From Tricharina praecox (taxonomy: Eukaryota), in assembly GCF_024521635.1 (NCBI RefSeq), contig NW_026250423.1:124001-188000 (forward strand): 64,000 nt of DNA, given 5' to 3'. Below the pieces are notes generated by a model that saw nothing but the letters and a program-made list of their open reading frames with translations, ran no database searches and had not been told where the DNA came from. Position numbers and translations under genes: made by a program. This document shows positions 25,213 to 39,643 of the stretch, piece by piece (position 1 is the first letter of the stretch; each line of letters begins with the position of its first letter).

Positions 25213-28200
25213 GAGAGCACGTATGGCTACTGCTGTTTCTTTCCTGCATATATATAAACAGCTCATTCTCTCTCACTCTCTCTTAGAAATCGGTCGTCAA
25301 ATGCGGTATGTACCTACGTTATGTTTTTCTTTTCTTTTCTTTTTCATTGCACACCATGGACTGGAATTCTCGACACGAAGAAAACCGGTCAACCGGAGAG
25401 CAGAAATGGTGGGGGGAAGGGTTCCTTGAGGATTTGGTTGGGGCGTTTCGCGTTTTTGCTGCTTTTGCTGCTTTTTGTGCTTTTGTGCTTTTTGCGCCGT
25501 TGGTCGCTGTCATGATGGTACGGCTTCTTTGAAATATTCCTTCACATGCTACCATGTATGTATGCAGCTGCCTTTCAGTGTATTGGTTGGAATTCCACTA
25601 CCTACTCGGAATGAGAACTGCACAGTTTACATTACATATGGAGATGCTGCATTGCTGCATAGGAGGTATGGGGCATCGGATTCCCTGGTCCTGGTGACCG
25701 TGGTTCGTGGTTCACGGAGAACCAGGCTCGAGGCTCGAGTCATCTGCCCGTCCATGTCTGAAAGACCGCCCGCCAGAAATGTCGAAGAACATCAAACCTC
25801 TACTACTACAGCCTATTCCTTCAGTTCAAGTATGCTTGTCTGGCTGACTGGAGAATCCGCGGGCCTGGGGCCATCAATGATCAAGCCTCTTTCGTTGGGC
25901 ATGCAAGGCTCAAGCCGCTTTGCACATGCAGCTTACAAGCCACCTGCCGTCACTCATCAACCGGATCCGCTGCGACGGCGAAGGTATTTGCACATCGTCT
26001 CGGCGGTTGGGGATGGCATGTTCGAGTGATCCGTTATGAAGCGATCCCACCGTTAAAGCAGAAGTGTGAGCCCTTGGTTAGGTATGCCAATGATCTTGCC
26101 AGGTAACAATGCAGCTATTGCAGAAAACGCACTGCCTATGATCATACCGAGGTCTGGTTTCTACGTCGTCCCGCTGACGCTTTGGTCAGCCCAGAAATCC
26201 ACCGCCTTTTACGGCATACGGTATTGGCCTCAGATTCCTTACTATACCTAGGTCTACATGTTCCCCATCCATCATCCATCTAGGTCCTCAATCTTCGAGA
26301 AATCCTTCTCCTACTAGTACCAGTAGCCCTGCTAAGGGCCCACTGCACTTGCAACCAAGGTTCAAACCACGTGTGTACCCACGGCGAGGGTTGATACGGC
26401 GAGTGGGGCATCTTCTAAAGTGCTGGGATGAATGTACTCTATCCAACTTATGGGTAGTCGAGCAGACTTTTGGGCGGATCTTTGGTCGAAGCGGACGGAA
26501 TACCTATAGCAAACTTATAGATACAACTTAACTGACTCCTTGTCTGTGGAACGGTTGTGGTATGGTTATGGCATATCAATCATGATATCCTTCAATCAAG
26601 TCCCCTCGTTTCGGCAGCGGTAGGTAGTAGTCACCCACCTCTCTTGTACATAGTGATATTTCAGATAGTTGTACAGCACTCCATTCTCGCAATACACTTG
26701 TAGCTACCGGTATAGTAAACCCTCAATTCAGTACATATCAAGATTTCCATAGTCCCGGATGAAGATCCAGGACGTCTTACATACCGCGCTTTTTCGATCG
26801 GCTGGAATTTTCCGTGCAAGCAGGTACTCAGGTATCGTCCGAGAGAATGGAAATGTCAGCTGACGGATACCTACCGTCCTGACATGACAAGCCCTCTTTC
26901 CAACCGCCAGTGTGAGCAGTTAAACAGTTAAACTACTTACCTGATACCTAACTGGTACCTAGGCTACAAATCACACGCAAACTGCACCGCTTGAAGATCT
27001 GACGCCTGAGAACCCAACTGAACTGCCTACATAGCACATACAATCTACCCGCGAACTGAACCAGTTCGTTGGCTCCACCCAGTTAAACTAGGTACCAGGT
27101 ACCAAGTACATACTTATGTAACTGCTGGAGGATCTGGAGAGGATACCCAACCTCGAAGCCAAGGCGCTAGCGTTTACGTGATGCACCGCAGAGGTTGCGT
27201 ATGTGTGTATGGATGAAGAATCCAGGCTCCAGCGGGGCGTGAAGAACGATGATCATGTTCATTTGCGGGCATGTACTTTTCCTAGGTACTCGTATGCATG
27301 TATGAGTATTTCTTCGCCCCTCCTCCTCCTCGTCCTTCATCCGTTTCTTCATCCGCTCCATCCCACCGTGGGACCCTTCGAGTACCCAACCATCTCCGGA
27401 GTCTACATAGAAGGAATTTCTGATATATCAGATGTGTATTCCTTCATCTGTAGGTTTCCCCAGCCCAACGCTCGCGATCAGAACGTATCCGTACCCAAAA
27501 CCCTGCGTCCCACACATCACCACCTGCCCCGCTACCGATGGAAAATTTATACGCAGAGAGAATGGCGCATAAACCTGTTCTCTAGTTATTCACCATTTAA
27601 TCTGCGTCCTTCGATCCTTCGGAATCCGAATCCCTCGACCGACACAGCCCGATTCCCCCGGATCGGTCGGCCGGCCAGTCGTTCGCTGACTGTCTCGGCG
27701 TCAAGCCTGGTCTTTCTCACATTTTTCTCCTCATTTTTGTGGGGGTTATTAATAACACGGATGACATGTCGATTCTCCGGTGTCCAGTGTCCACCCCCAC
27801 CCCCACCCCGCCCAGCGCCCGCCCCGCCCGCCCCAAGCGAAAAAGCTTATTGTACGAACTCATCACGTTCTTCCGCAGTTGTCCGCATCGGGATAAAATG
27901 CCCGTGAGATCTGGACGCTCCGCCGCACATCTCGGGTCGCGCCGATTGGGTCGGCGACCTGAAGATCTAGATTCCGCGAAGCCTGACTGGCGGGTGTGAG
28001 GGGTGGAGTCGGTGGGGGCTGGAAGTTGAGAGATCAGACGAACCGTTCGCAAAGAAGAGAGATCCGGCGACGGCGGAGTCGTGATTGGTTTGATGTGATG
28101 ATTGAGACACCTAAACACCTAAAAGCACAGAAGCACAACGACGGTCGTACGAGATTGCGATTGAGATGACTGACCCATGACAGCTTCTAGAAGTTTTGGG

Positions 28201-28753
28201 CTGCATCCAATCCAATCCAAAAGCTTTAGCTTTAGCGGAAGAAGCTTCCTCAACTTTCAGGGCTGAGGGAAACGGAAACGGTGCTAACCTCATGGAGCAA
28301 TGGCTCGTGAGACCACTGACCAGACCTGGCACCGCTGATCGCCCCAACGATACGTTGCGTCTCACTGAAGGAAGGAATCTAGATTCGACGCACACGTCAG
28401 ACATAGAACGTTTTCCGTCAAATCGATGAGGGAGAGACATGTCGACCACCGATTTCTCTGTTCTCGTCTCCATGGATCCCAGATACGAAAGTTCCGGTCC
28501 TTCAAACAGGCTTCCAGCGGGTCCTCTCCCTGCCCTGCCAAGGCCCGCTTGTGGCCAGGTCGCTGATTTGAAGGGGAGCTGCCGAGCTATGTATGCTAAC
28601 TAGTACCGGGCTTGATAAGCATGGAGTCATAGCAAGCTGTCGAGACCCGGGAACCCAACCTCCACCTCAGCACATCTCTTCAACCTTTCCGCCACAGCAG
28701 CAGCAACAACAATACCTACACCAACACTAACACTCACACTACCAACAACCACA

Positions 28754-29730
28754 ATGTCCCGGCAACTCAGCATCGCGATAATCGAAGCGGACGTGCCTTT
28801 GGCAGGCACCGCCCAGCGTCACGGCAGCTACGGGGGGGTATTCAGTTCAGTGCTCAACCAAGCAGCGCACACCCTGATCCCGCCTGTCTCCCTCTCTCTC
28901 TCATACCACGCCATTTCCGTGGGGGGCACCTTCCCCAGCACATCCGCGCTCGCCCAGCTCGACGGCATAATCATCACCGGCTCGCGAGCGAGCGCCTTCG
29001 ACGACACGCCGTGGATCGTGGAACTGGTGGCGTTCGTCCGCGACGTGCTGCACCACCACAAAAAAGTCAAGGTCGTCGGCGTCTGCTTCGGCCACCAGAT
29101 CATTGCGCGCGCCCTTGGCGTGCAGGTCCGCCGCGGCGATGGGTGGGAGGCCAGTGTGTCAAACGTGCATATGACGCACGCTGGGAGGGAGATCTTTGGG
29201 CGGGATGTGTTGGTGCGCTACCCCCTCCGCCCCCGCCCCCGCTCTTACTGTCTACGACCACAACTGCTAACAGCCAGCGGTCCCAGAGCATCAACCAAAT
29301 GCACCGCGACATTGTCACCGCGCTTCCCAGGGGCGCCGTGAACCTGGGCAGCAGCTCGCGCTGCGCGATCCAGGGGATGTTCGACGAAGCGCGGGGACGG
29401 TACATCAGCGTGCAGGGGCACCCGGAGTTCACGCCCGAGATCGTGGCGGAGATATTGACGGTGCGGCGGGACGCGGGTATATTCTCCATGGCGGAGTGGC
29501 AGGAGATGATGGCGCGGCTGAAGAATGGACATCACGGCACTGAAATTGCCGCCGTTTTCCTCATGTTCCTGTTGGGAGAGTTGAAGGGGATGGTTAAGGA
29601 CGGGAACGCGGTCAAGGCGGCCGTGAGGGAGGCTAGTGCGGTGAAGACGATGGTCGAGGAGTGTAATGCCGTGAAGACGATGGAGGAGGAGTGCACTGGG
29701 GGGAAGTTGGTGAATGGGACGAAGGCGTAG
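28754..29730 (+). CDS. Stand-alone class I glutamine amidotransferase-like protein (gamma-glutamyl peptidase-like), 2 exons
   Basis: IIITGS oxyanion strand, GVCFGHQ nucleophile elbow, QMHRD, QGHPEF catalytic His-Glu; intron about 29213-29286. Confidence 0.9.
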
Positions 29731-30216
29731 ACGCTGGCGAGGACTGATACAGAGTGCATATACCATTAGAAGGCGACGATAGAGTCCATAAAAATGTTGG
29801 GTTAATATGCAATAGAAAATATAGGAGGTTATTTATCTTGCTCGTGCCAGTGAAACGATCAATTGCGTGTTTCGCCACTGCCATTGCCATTTCGTCCCAA
29901 AAATCCGTATCCCGCGAAACACCATGAACCTTTCCCACTTGCACGGCATTACAAAGATCCGTATCCGTTCCGTCTCATCTGGGTACTCTACATACAATCC
30001 CCAATCACTTCCACTATCATACTTTCGAGGCTCCACCCCCCCCTTCGCAACTTACACCATCCCATCCCGTCTCCCCCAGAGCACATGGCAAGTGAGTGGG
30101 CCAGGCCTCACACCCAGCGGATGATATCATAAAAACAAAATCCCGAACCCCTATAATGAAATCCACAGCACAAGCCGCAGGCACAAGCCACAAGAGGCGA
30201 TAAACAAGAATGCCCC

Positions 30217-30254
<38 letters not shown>
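30217..30254. repeat. (GACA)n microsatellite
   Basis: About 9 tandem GACA units. Confidence 0.9.
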
Positions 30255-30255
<1 letters not shown>

Positions 30256-30473
30256 AGAGAAGAAAACGAAAACGCCCTGATAAAAAAAAGGTAAACCGCA
30301 TCATCTAACATTGCTCCCGGAACCCCTGAAGAAAAAGAAACACACACACACACACAGAGAAGAAAACAACCAGGAAAAAATGCATTTTAACTCTCCGAAA
30401 ACCGGGCGAGCATCAACATTGTATAGCACGTGCTCGCTGTTCTCGATCCTCCATCCATCCAGCAATTAACTGA

Positions 30474-32757
30474 CTAGAGGCCGCCATAAAAGTCGCCGTC
30501 GTTGTTAAGGAAGCTAGCCGCATCCTCACCCATGCGCTTCATGAACTCTTCGTCGACGGAGTCGTGGTCGGCCAGGAACTCCATGCCCTCGTTATCGTCG
30601 CCGGTGAGGTCGATGATGGGGGAGGCGGGGTTGATCGAGTGGGCGTGCATATTCTGCACAGCCGGATTCGGCAGCTGCTCAGCGGAAGCCAGACCGAGCG
30701 ACTGCATATTATTCTCGATAGCCATGCTTTCCTGAAGGAGCGGCGTGAACACGACAGCACTGGGGATAGCCTTGTGAAACGCCTGGTGGCGGTGCTCATA
30801 GCGGCGATATCCGAGCAGCGAGCCACTGCCTCCCGTGCCCATCTCGTTCATCTTCGAACCGGTCTCGTCCCACTCCTGGAGCGAGAGGCCGCGGGTCTCG
30901 ACCAGCTTCTGGAACCGCTCGTGGCCCTGCATGATCCGGAACAGACTCGAGCCGGGGTACCAGCGGCCCTTGATGTCTTCGAGCTTGACGGTGAGGTGCC
31001 GCGCAACGAGCGTGTACGTCCAGTACGGCGCTTCCGGACTGGCGATGACGAATCTGCTCCGAGCAGAAAGGTCGGCGCCGACGGCGGCGGGGAGCTCCGC
31101 CGGTGGCGGCATCAGCTGGCTGTGGCTCTCGAGCCGGTACACGTCTCCGGTCACTATCACGCCCGTCTGGCGAGTGCGCACGCCGGCCGGGGCGGTGGGC
31201 GTCGTGTCTTGGATCGAGACCACGACCATGATCTCGCGGCCGGAGACGACCTCGAGATTGCTAGTTCTACTAGCCTTGAGACGGACGGCATCGCCGATCC
31301 AGAAGCGTTCGGCGCCGTAGTACGTACCCGCGTAGTGGTTCTGGTTGGTAAGTTTATCAATCAGTGAAAACGAGATATCGACATCTCGGGACTTGATGAT
31401 ACTAGCATCAACCTCGACCGAGCCGGAATGGGCCTCCTGCTGCCAAGGTAGATTCTCGTAGTCCACTTTTCCGCCGCGATCCAAGTTCGGGTTCGTAATT
31501 GGCGGGGTGCTCCAGGCGACCCAGGGACGGAGTCTAATCGACGAAATATCGGTATGTGGCTGGGTTTGCTCGCACAGCAGTGCTGAATGCAGCGGCTGGA
31601 TTTTGTAATGGCTGTCGGCTAAGGCCGGCACCTCCACGACAACTCCGATAGCCCAGTGCGGGTGCATCTGGAACCACACCATCTCGCCGAAACGGTAGAT
31701 GTCAAGCCCGGGGAAATGCAGGTCGTGCTCCCTCTCCAAGCGAGTCGGGCTCGTCATAAGGCTATTCACTAGCATCATCGGCCGAACGGGCGGATGTGGT
31801 GCGGCATACGGCATTGCCGCGGGGGGTCCGGGCCCTGGCACTGGCGCCTGGACAGGCATGGGCGACTGCACAGGCATGGGCGACTGCACAAGCACTGGCG
31901 ACTGGACGGCCGCAGCGGAAGCCGCAGCGGCAGCCGCGGCGGCGGCTGCGGCCCGGCGTGTGGTCGGGACAGCTTGCTTGCGAAGCACCGGAGAGGGGAC
32001 GGCCGGAGGAATCGCCGGGGGCACAAAAGCTGGCGGCGACGGTCCCTGGAGAAGTGCCTGTGGCGGCGGCAGCGGCGGCGGTCCACCCTTGCAGGCGCCG
32101 CATGAGCAATTGGCGGGATTGAGCGTTGTATCGAGCGCCAGCCACTTGACGTGCGGGAGGAAATCCGCGGGCGACCGGTACCGTTTGCGCGGACCCTTGG
32201 GGTGGCCGTAGAGGTAGGTGTCGCGCCTCGTCTTTGCGTTCTCGCCAACCTAAATCCGTCAGCACCGATCACTGGTTGCAGCAGTGGACAGGCAGATAGC
32301 ATACCGTGATCTTCACCTGCTCGTAGAGCCTGTACCCCTTCGGCAACGCCACGAAGAAGAACTTTGTCCCCTCCCTAAATGCTTTCTTGTGGGCCTCATC
32401 CGTCGATGCCTCCATCAGCACGCCCTCGGCCAGGAACTTGAGCCACTCCAGGCTCTTCCTCTCGTTCTGCCCAATGGGCCGCATGTAGCATTGGCCGCCC
32501 TTCTCGTCCGGCGCGTCATCGAACATATCCGGCGTCGGCCCATTGTCCCCCTCCTGCCAAACCTCCGTACCATCCGAACGGTTGATTTGGAGCATCTGCA
32601 CCCGGGGAGTCGCTCCCGTACCACCGCCGTTGCTGATAGCGCCGGCAGCTCGTTTCGGGGGCTGGGAACTGACGACCGTGGTCGTCTTGCGTTTGGGCAT
32701 GTCGGGTGTTGATATTGCGGGTGGTGGTTGTGCGAGGAGTCCAGAAGGTGAAGTCAT
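30474..32757 (-). CDS. clr2: Cryptic loci regulator 2 (Clr2)-like silencing protein, 2 exons
   Basis: FVALPKGYRLYE then, after an intron (about 32304-32250), DTYLYGHPKG..YRSPADFLPHVKWL..CSCGAC; IYRFGEMVW, YYGAERFWIGDAVRL, IKGRWY. Confidence 0.85.
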
Positions 32758-33596
32758 GTTTGCTAAAGCGGCCGTTTGAGGCGCTGAACCTAAGTGGTTG
32801 AGTCGGTGGGGGTTATTTGCGAAGATGTGATGTCGACGGATGAGACGTCGTAAATGGATTTGCGATCGACGGGGGCGCACCGTGAAGGTATGATGTCGCC
32901 GCGTGAGTCGTCGTGAATGGATTCGCGATGGACGGATACGGCACGGTGGCTAGTTACCTGTTCAGCGACGCGTCGCCAAACCGTGGCAAGCTAGTAATTA
33001 CTACACAGAGCACAATTAGAAGCTTGGCGAGCCGTGCACAAGAAGCACTAGTACCTCTTGTTAGAAGTGTTGACAAGATATCGTGAAATGCGTCAATCAC
33101 AGTCAGTGAGGCGTGGGATCAGGTCGGTGATGCCATCCATAATCAACACGAAAAGTGTCAAGACTTCTCGGGTGCTTAGCGTGCATGACAGGGTTCTCGC
33201 GAGGTTCACTGATTATCACCATGAATCTCGGCTTCGGAGGCGCCACGGAGAACTTTCGACCGTCTATCTCGTTCATTCTTGCTGCTGTGGAGCATATTGA
33301 ATGCCCAAACTCGTAGCGATAGGAAAGCCTTTGAAGTGTAAACCGAGGTCTGATGCCACCAGATACTTGTGAGGAATTAAGCTTCTGGGCAAATGTCAAG
33401 GCTCCTGTGCGGTGATTGCACCTCTGAGGTGTACCATATGCGCAGTATGGCTGATCTCTAAAAAAGGACTTAGATATTGAGCCATATCCATCTCGTATCG
33501 CTCCCTATCTGCAAGCCAAACCGGCAACCCCATTGTCCAGCCCGGCCACAACGTGAGCAAACTGGTATCTCCATTCCTCTACACATACAAACCTCA

Positions 33597-34618
33597 TCAC
33601 TTCGCCTCCTTCAACCACTTATACACCACGGAAAAGTCCTTCACCCCCTCCTTCTCCACGACCTGTTGATACACCCCTTCCGCCCTCTCCGCCATCTCCA
33701 GTCTTGCGCCACTCTCCTGCGCCGCCTTCACCGCCAACCTGAGATCCTTCAGCATAAGCGGTGTCCCAAATCCCCCCGCAAATCCCTTCGCCTCATTATC
33801 GACCGGATTATTAACCTCGCTCGCCCAGCACCTGCCACTGGACGAGTTAATAACCTGCTTGAGCACTTTACTGTCCAGCCCCAGCTTCAGGCCGAGATTC
33901 ATCGCCTCCGCAACCGCAATATTGCTAATCGCCAGGACGTAATTATTCGCGAGCTTCCCCGCGAGCCCGGCACCGGGCTTGCCACAGTGCAGTATGCGGC
34001 TGCCCATGTGCGCCAGCACCCCCTCGACCCTTTCCAGCAGCTCGGGCGGGCAGCCGACGAGGAAGGCGAGTGTACCCGCCGACGCACCGACTACGCCCCC
34101 GGAAACGGGGGCATCGACGAATGCGCCCGCGATGGCGGGGGAGGCGACGAGCCGCGAAGTCGACAACGACGTGCGGATGTCGATGGTTGAGGAGTCGACG
34201 AAGAGGCGTTGGGCGCCGGAGGGGGGAGGGGGCGGGTTCGATGCGGCGATCGCAGAGAATACCGAAGCGACGTGCGAGGGCTCTGGAAGCATCGTGATCA
34301 CGGTTTCCTAGGGGGTGTCAGCTATCTTCCTCTTCCTCCTCGAGGCCGGCGAATGGAATGGCGGGGACCAACGCTGCAAGCTACCGCTTCCGCTACACTC
34401 TCGGCCACCTCGACGCCGCTCGTGAATTCGCCCGCGAACGCGGCGGTGGCGGACGTGTTCACGTCGTAGACGTAGACGGTGTCGTCCTTTGGCAGCTTCT
34501 GCCGCAGGTTCCGCGCCATCGGCAGGCCCATCTTCCCCAAGCCGATGAAGCCGTACGTAGCTTCTCTACGCACCGTGGATGAAAACGTGCGGCGGAAGAG
34601 GAGGTGGTGGATTGGCAT
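33597..34618 (-). CDS. Mitochondrial 3-hydroxyisobutyrate dehydrogenase, 2 exons
   Basis: Presequence-like RRTFSST; GFIGLGKMGLPMARNL, ITMLP, DSSTID, FVDAPVSGG, KLANNY, SSGRCW, LMLKDL. Confidence 0.93.
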
Positions 34619-36149
34619 TGTGACGAGTAACCAACAGGAGGATGGCGAGCTGACTTGACTGCAGCAGCAGCTATGGCAATGGCAGTGGGAATGCACCTTC
34701 AAACGCCGCATGTGGCCGAGCACAACCGAAGTAGTGTGTTACATCCCCGGACTCCGGAGGATGGAGCTTCCCCGCGAACGAGCAGTTCGGGAGTAGCCGA
34801 GCAGAGTAGTCAGATTGTGGAGGATATAGATCCCTGACCCGAAGGCCGGATTAGAGGGCTTTAGTCCCATTTTCGTGGGGACATCCAATGGCTCCTTCAT
34901 GTGAATCAAGTTGCCTCAAACTTTGCCCATCACCGAGAGCGGTGGTGTTGTGGCCGTATACCCCCGCCTCTCCCGCCCCTCCGTTCCCCCGCCCATGGCT
35001 CCCTTCCTCCCGTCCATCCTCACTCCCTCTGAACACAACATATGCCGCAACCCATCTCCGCTTACATACATCATACCGGTACATAGATGAGAACTTCCCA
35101 TCGGCCATCAGCCATCGGGAATCCCCACTCTATATAGATACCGTATGTACCTTGCCTTCACACCTCCAGAGGCGAGCGAATCGGCCTTCTCGCCTTCTCG
35201 CCTCCTCACAGAGTCGCAGCTGCATGGCGTATAAACAACTCTATGATGTACGGTGGTACATACCTCATACCTGGGATGAGAGCGGGTCTGGAGTCTGGAG
35301 CTGTGGGGTACAGTACTCTACAGTATCTACAGGGTTTGTTTACATACCTACGTCACGGGACTGGAGAACGAGATGGCTGTGACATGTGTTTGTGACATGT
35401 GTGGAGCATCTATGATAACTCGCTTGATGCCCCAGAAATCTTGACAACCTATGTGGGTATGGAGAGTAGTCGATCGCGCTTGAATCTTGATCAACCACAT
35501 TCATGACGCCACCCCCACACTTCCGGTATGTATGGTAGGTACATAGCTCCCATTCCCTTCAGCGATAGATTGCTCCTCCAAGCCATCATAGCTAATCCAT
35601 GCAGCTATGTAACCGGCCACAATTCGTCCATCACTTCGAACGTCTCCCTACGGTACCGGTATCAGGCATTCGAGACTTCATTGCCATTGCCATTGCCATT
35701 GCCAACGTAGAACCATACAGCATACAGCATACAGCCGGAGCAGGAGCAGAAGTAGAGATATATGTAGTGCCTATAATGAGAACCGAGAGGATCATACAAC
35801 AAACCAAAACCAATAGAACCAAAAAAAAACAGCACAATAAATCTGCCACCAGAAACGACCGAAAAGAGTCTTCCCCATCACCGAAAAAAAAGAGACGCAC
35901 ATCCAATCACCCCCCTCTGACGCCTTCAGAAAGAGTCACAAAAACAAGTTAAAAGGAATATAAAAGATTCGCAAAAACAACTAACCGTAGCAAAGCACGA
36001 CGAGGTCCAAGGGAAAAAAGGAAAACAATCTGCCATCCACATGCTCACTTGATACAGGCATCGCGTGGCCCAACGGATGGATGTTCAGGTGTGCTTGAAC
36101 ACCCCCGTGGGCTCTACGCTTTTCGATTCCCCTCGTTCTCGGTGCACCC

Positions 36150-38023
36150 TTACAGCACATAAGGGAGTAGAGCCCTGTACGGGATTAGTCATTTTCCGTG
36201 CCAGGCGGAGATATGCGGAGACGTACCCAATGGCCAGGGTGGCCGACAGTCCAAGCAGCGCCCTGTTCTTGACCTTCTCTCGCCTGAGCTGGTCCTCGAG
36301 CACCTTTGTGCGCTTGGCTTTCCGCTCCTTGGATTCCTCATCGTCCTCCTCGGACTGGTCCTGCTCCTCGGCATCCTCGATGTCCTCCATCTTCCGCTTG
36401 ATGACCGGCGTGAATTCGCCGTCAACAATCCGCGCCTCGGCAACCATGGCCCGCGCCTTCTCGATCATGTCCTCGGTGGACTCGAAGGACGGGGGCTCGC
36501 CGGCCGGAAGTTCCACTTTGACGTGGGTAATCTTCGTTTCACCATCGTCGGTCGTCTGGACCTCCTCGTCCACTTCCACCTTGAACGTGGCTACCTCCCT
36601 CTTGACCGGCGTCGTTACGCTCGGCCCGTTTTCGACGGCGTCCGCGAGGGCTGTGGAAGCAAGAATAATGGGCGCTGTAGAAGCGAGAACAGTGGACTCG
36701 GTGGTGACCGTCTTGGTCTCTTCCGTCTCCAAAATCGCACCCATCTCTTTCTTCAACGGGCTGTCCTTAGAAGATGCCACCTTCGACGCGCGGGACTTGC
36801 GTGGGGTCATGATTCGCTTTCCGGGAGACATTGATCGCGTGGATCGTCTGCGCGTGCCGGCGGATGGAGGTGCGGTCGATGAGGCAACTGATCCGGCGTC
36901 GGATTCGGCCTGTCGGAAGAAAGGCGGCGGTGGGGTGATGGTGCGCTTGCGGTGGTCGGATGGGACAACGGGTTCGTTATCAAGGAGAGCTTCGATCCAA
37001 GGCTTGACTCCGTATCTGCAGGATTCTATTAGTGCTCCGCTTTTTCTTATTCTATTTTCACCTCTTCGGTGTTGCTTTCGGGTGTAAGGCGATTGCGTAC
37101 TCTTCGGCCAAAATCAATGCTGTCGAAAAGTTATTAGTCGAAAGTTCATGGAGTGTTCACAAGATGAAGGATGAGGGAAGAAAGAAGGGGGTGTAGCGGT
37201 GGTAGCGGTGGTGGTAGTGGGGAATGACGCATGCGACTCACCATCAACGGGATCTACCCAAAGGTTCCCTGCGGTTTCGATCTTGGAAGTGTTAGGAAAG
37301 TGGGCCTTGACGAACTGCTTCTCGGCCTCCTCTTCAGCCTTTTTAGCCCACGGGAACGATGCTTTGAACCTAAATTTCAACACAGGGTGTCAATTTCTCC
37401 TTTCTTCTTTGCCAAAATATCGACCCCAAACGACCCCAGTCCAGATCCAGAAATCATCGGGAAGGGTTGGCCGGAAATTTGTTTTTCTGCGACGCCGCGA
37501 GGCCGAGAACCCGAGCCACAAATTGGACGGACTGGGGGAGAGGAGGGAGAGAGCGGAAGAGACTGACATTCCAGTTGAACTGATGAAGCCGTCCTTGCTC
37601 CTGCGCATCAAAAAGTACGACTCGGGAGCGCCAGCCCCAAAGAGCTCTTGACCCTCCAGGTTCTGAGGAAGCGACACGCGCAGGTGCACATAGCTGAACG
37701 GGCCACTGTTGCTGGTAGCCTTCTCTCCGAGGTTCGTCTGGCCGAGGCGACGATTCTCAACGAGTTCATTGACTGCGCGCGCGACGGAACATTCATCGTC
37801 AGCAAGGAAGCGCCACGAGTCGAAGCGAGTGATGACGCCATGTCGTCACGAATGTTCACAGATGCGCGCGCACGCGCTGTGTCTCCTCGGTCGCCAAACC
37901 GGGTAGCGGACCAGGGGGGTTGTAGGTGAGGGAGGAGAAGGGCCACGTACACGATGGAGGGCTCTTCAGCACTGGGTTCGGGCGCGCCGGTAGGACGCGG
38001 GCGGCGGTGGATGCTAAACGCAT
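36150..38023 (-). CDS. Bqt4-like APSES/KilA-N domain protein with C-terminal membrane anchor, multi-exon
   Basis: Spliced [52 protein letters not shown]; tail KVKNRALLGLSATLAIG-ALLPYVL*; start codon uncertain. Confidence 0.8.
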
Positions 38024-39643
38024 AGTTCTGTCGACAGATGATCGGGGTAGGGGAGAGTGAGCGATGCGCGTCTGGTCGGGTTCGGGCGCTTTTTTTTTCT
38101 TCGCGATGGGCGATGATGGGTCAGAGCGGACGGGTTATGTTGGGACCGAAGCGGCGGGAATATAGAGGGTAGGATGTGGATGGGGCGAGAAGCAAGAAGT
38201 AAAGAAGAGAGGGAAGTATTCCAGTGATGATAGTGGGTAAATGGTAGCGGATAATGTGGAATGGATGGAGAGTGTGGAGTAGTCAGGGTAGCGTGAGTCC
38301 TGGGACCTGGAAACGTCGGGAGTTCAGCTTTGGGGTTAGGATTGTGCGCTTTCTGGCAGTGGGGAGAGGGGGGGTTGAGGATGTAGCTCGATGTAGGTTG
38401 GTTGGCAGCTGGTTGGGGTTGGGAGAAAAGGTTTATGCAGACCGGAGGAGTTGCAGAGGGTTTGGGGGACGGGCAATGGGGGACGGGTCTAGCCAGATAG
38501 ACAGGGTCCTTGAGCAGTGGAACGTGTGCGTGCGTGAGTGCTGTGTTGTTCCGTTCTATTCACCTTCCCTCCGCTGCGTTGTATGCTTCGGGAGCGATTG
38601 CCTATTGGTCTCTGCGCGGACAAGTGGGGGTGGGAGCGGTGAGTGAGAAGTGGAGGATATCGTGGGCAGCGGAGAGATTCTTCACAGCGGTCTGTTGACG
38701 GGTTCTGCTGGAGTGCTGCTGTCCAGTTTCTCCCGCCAATTTCCGCACTCTACTTGCGGGGCGGGCGGGAAAGTAAGGGCGTAGTTTCGGTCACGGGGTC
38801 CAAGAACAACAACAATGACCGTTGCCGGGGCAACCACTGCATCTCGAGCACCATACACACAGCGAGGTACCCGTGCTCTGGACTCCGGCTGGGATAGGCA
38901 CTCCCATGCAGCTAGACCCATTGCTGGGTACATGTTATCCAATGCAACCCCTCGTTCCCCGCTTCTCGCTCGTCACGACAACGGCCGCTCTGGATTGCTG
39001 AGAACCCTTAGGCCTGACGACTGACGACCCGCCCAGCCCGAATCGTGCTATCTCCTCGATCGTCGACCAAAGTAAGCAGGTACACACAGAGCGACAGGTC
39101 GGAGGGCACATGCCCACGCACCAGAGGCTTCTGCGATCGCGATGAAAGCGGAGTGCCTTGCCCGCAACGCGGATGGCACCGCTGTCTAAGCAGGCGGGCG
39201 TTTGAGTTGTAGATAGTAGAGATACTAGAGATACTGCTATTATCACTAGAGCGCTCTGTAGATGCAGCTACCACCAGGTGCTCACCAGCCACTGCTGCTG
39301 CTGCTGGTAAGAACCCCCAGCATAAAGAAGCGACCCCCAAGCTGGCTTCTGCCGCAGAAATACAGATGTAGTTAGAGTCAATGCGTGGGAGAGAGCGTTG
39401 AGTGATAGAAGGGGAGAGAAGGGGGAGAGCGTGCTGCGTGAGGTGAGAGCGAGAGGTGCAAGACACCGCGGTCTGACATTTTAATCCTTCTCCCCTCTTG
39501 TCCTCGACCCATCACAACAACACCGCTGAGCCCCATCCATCACCGCAACCAACAACCCTCCCCTCCCTCCCTCCTTCATCCTTCTTCCTTCCCATCGACA
39601 CAGATCCTCATTACTCCTCACTGCTTCATCTCAACACATCGCC

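Noticed and set aside
25213..28753. Possible gene or RIP-degraded element in a 3.5-kb gap (ORFs 25475-26029, 27203-27907)
   Set aside because: No coherent exon chain or transposon domain found; TA-rich patches alone are insufficient evidence.
36065..37087. 340-aa plus-strand ORF
   Set aside because: Antisense to the Bqt4-like gene; a product of codon bias.
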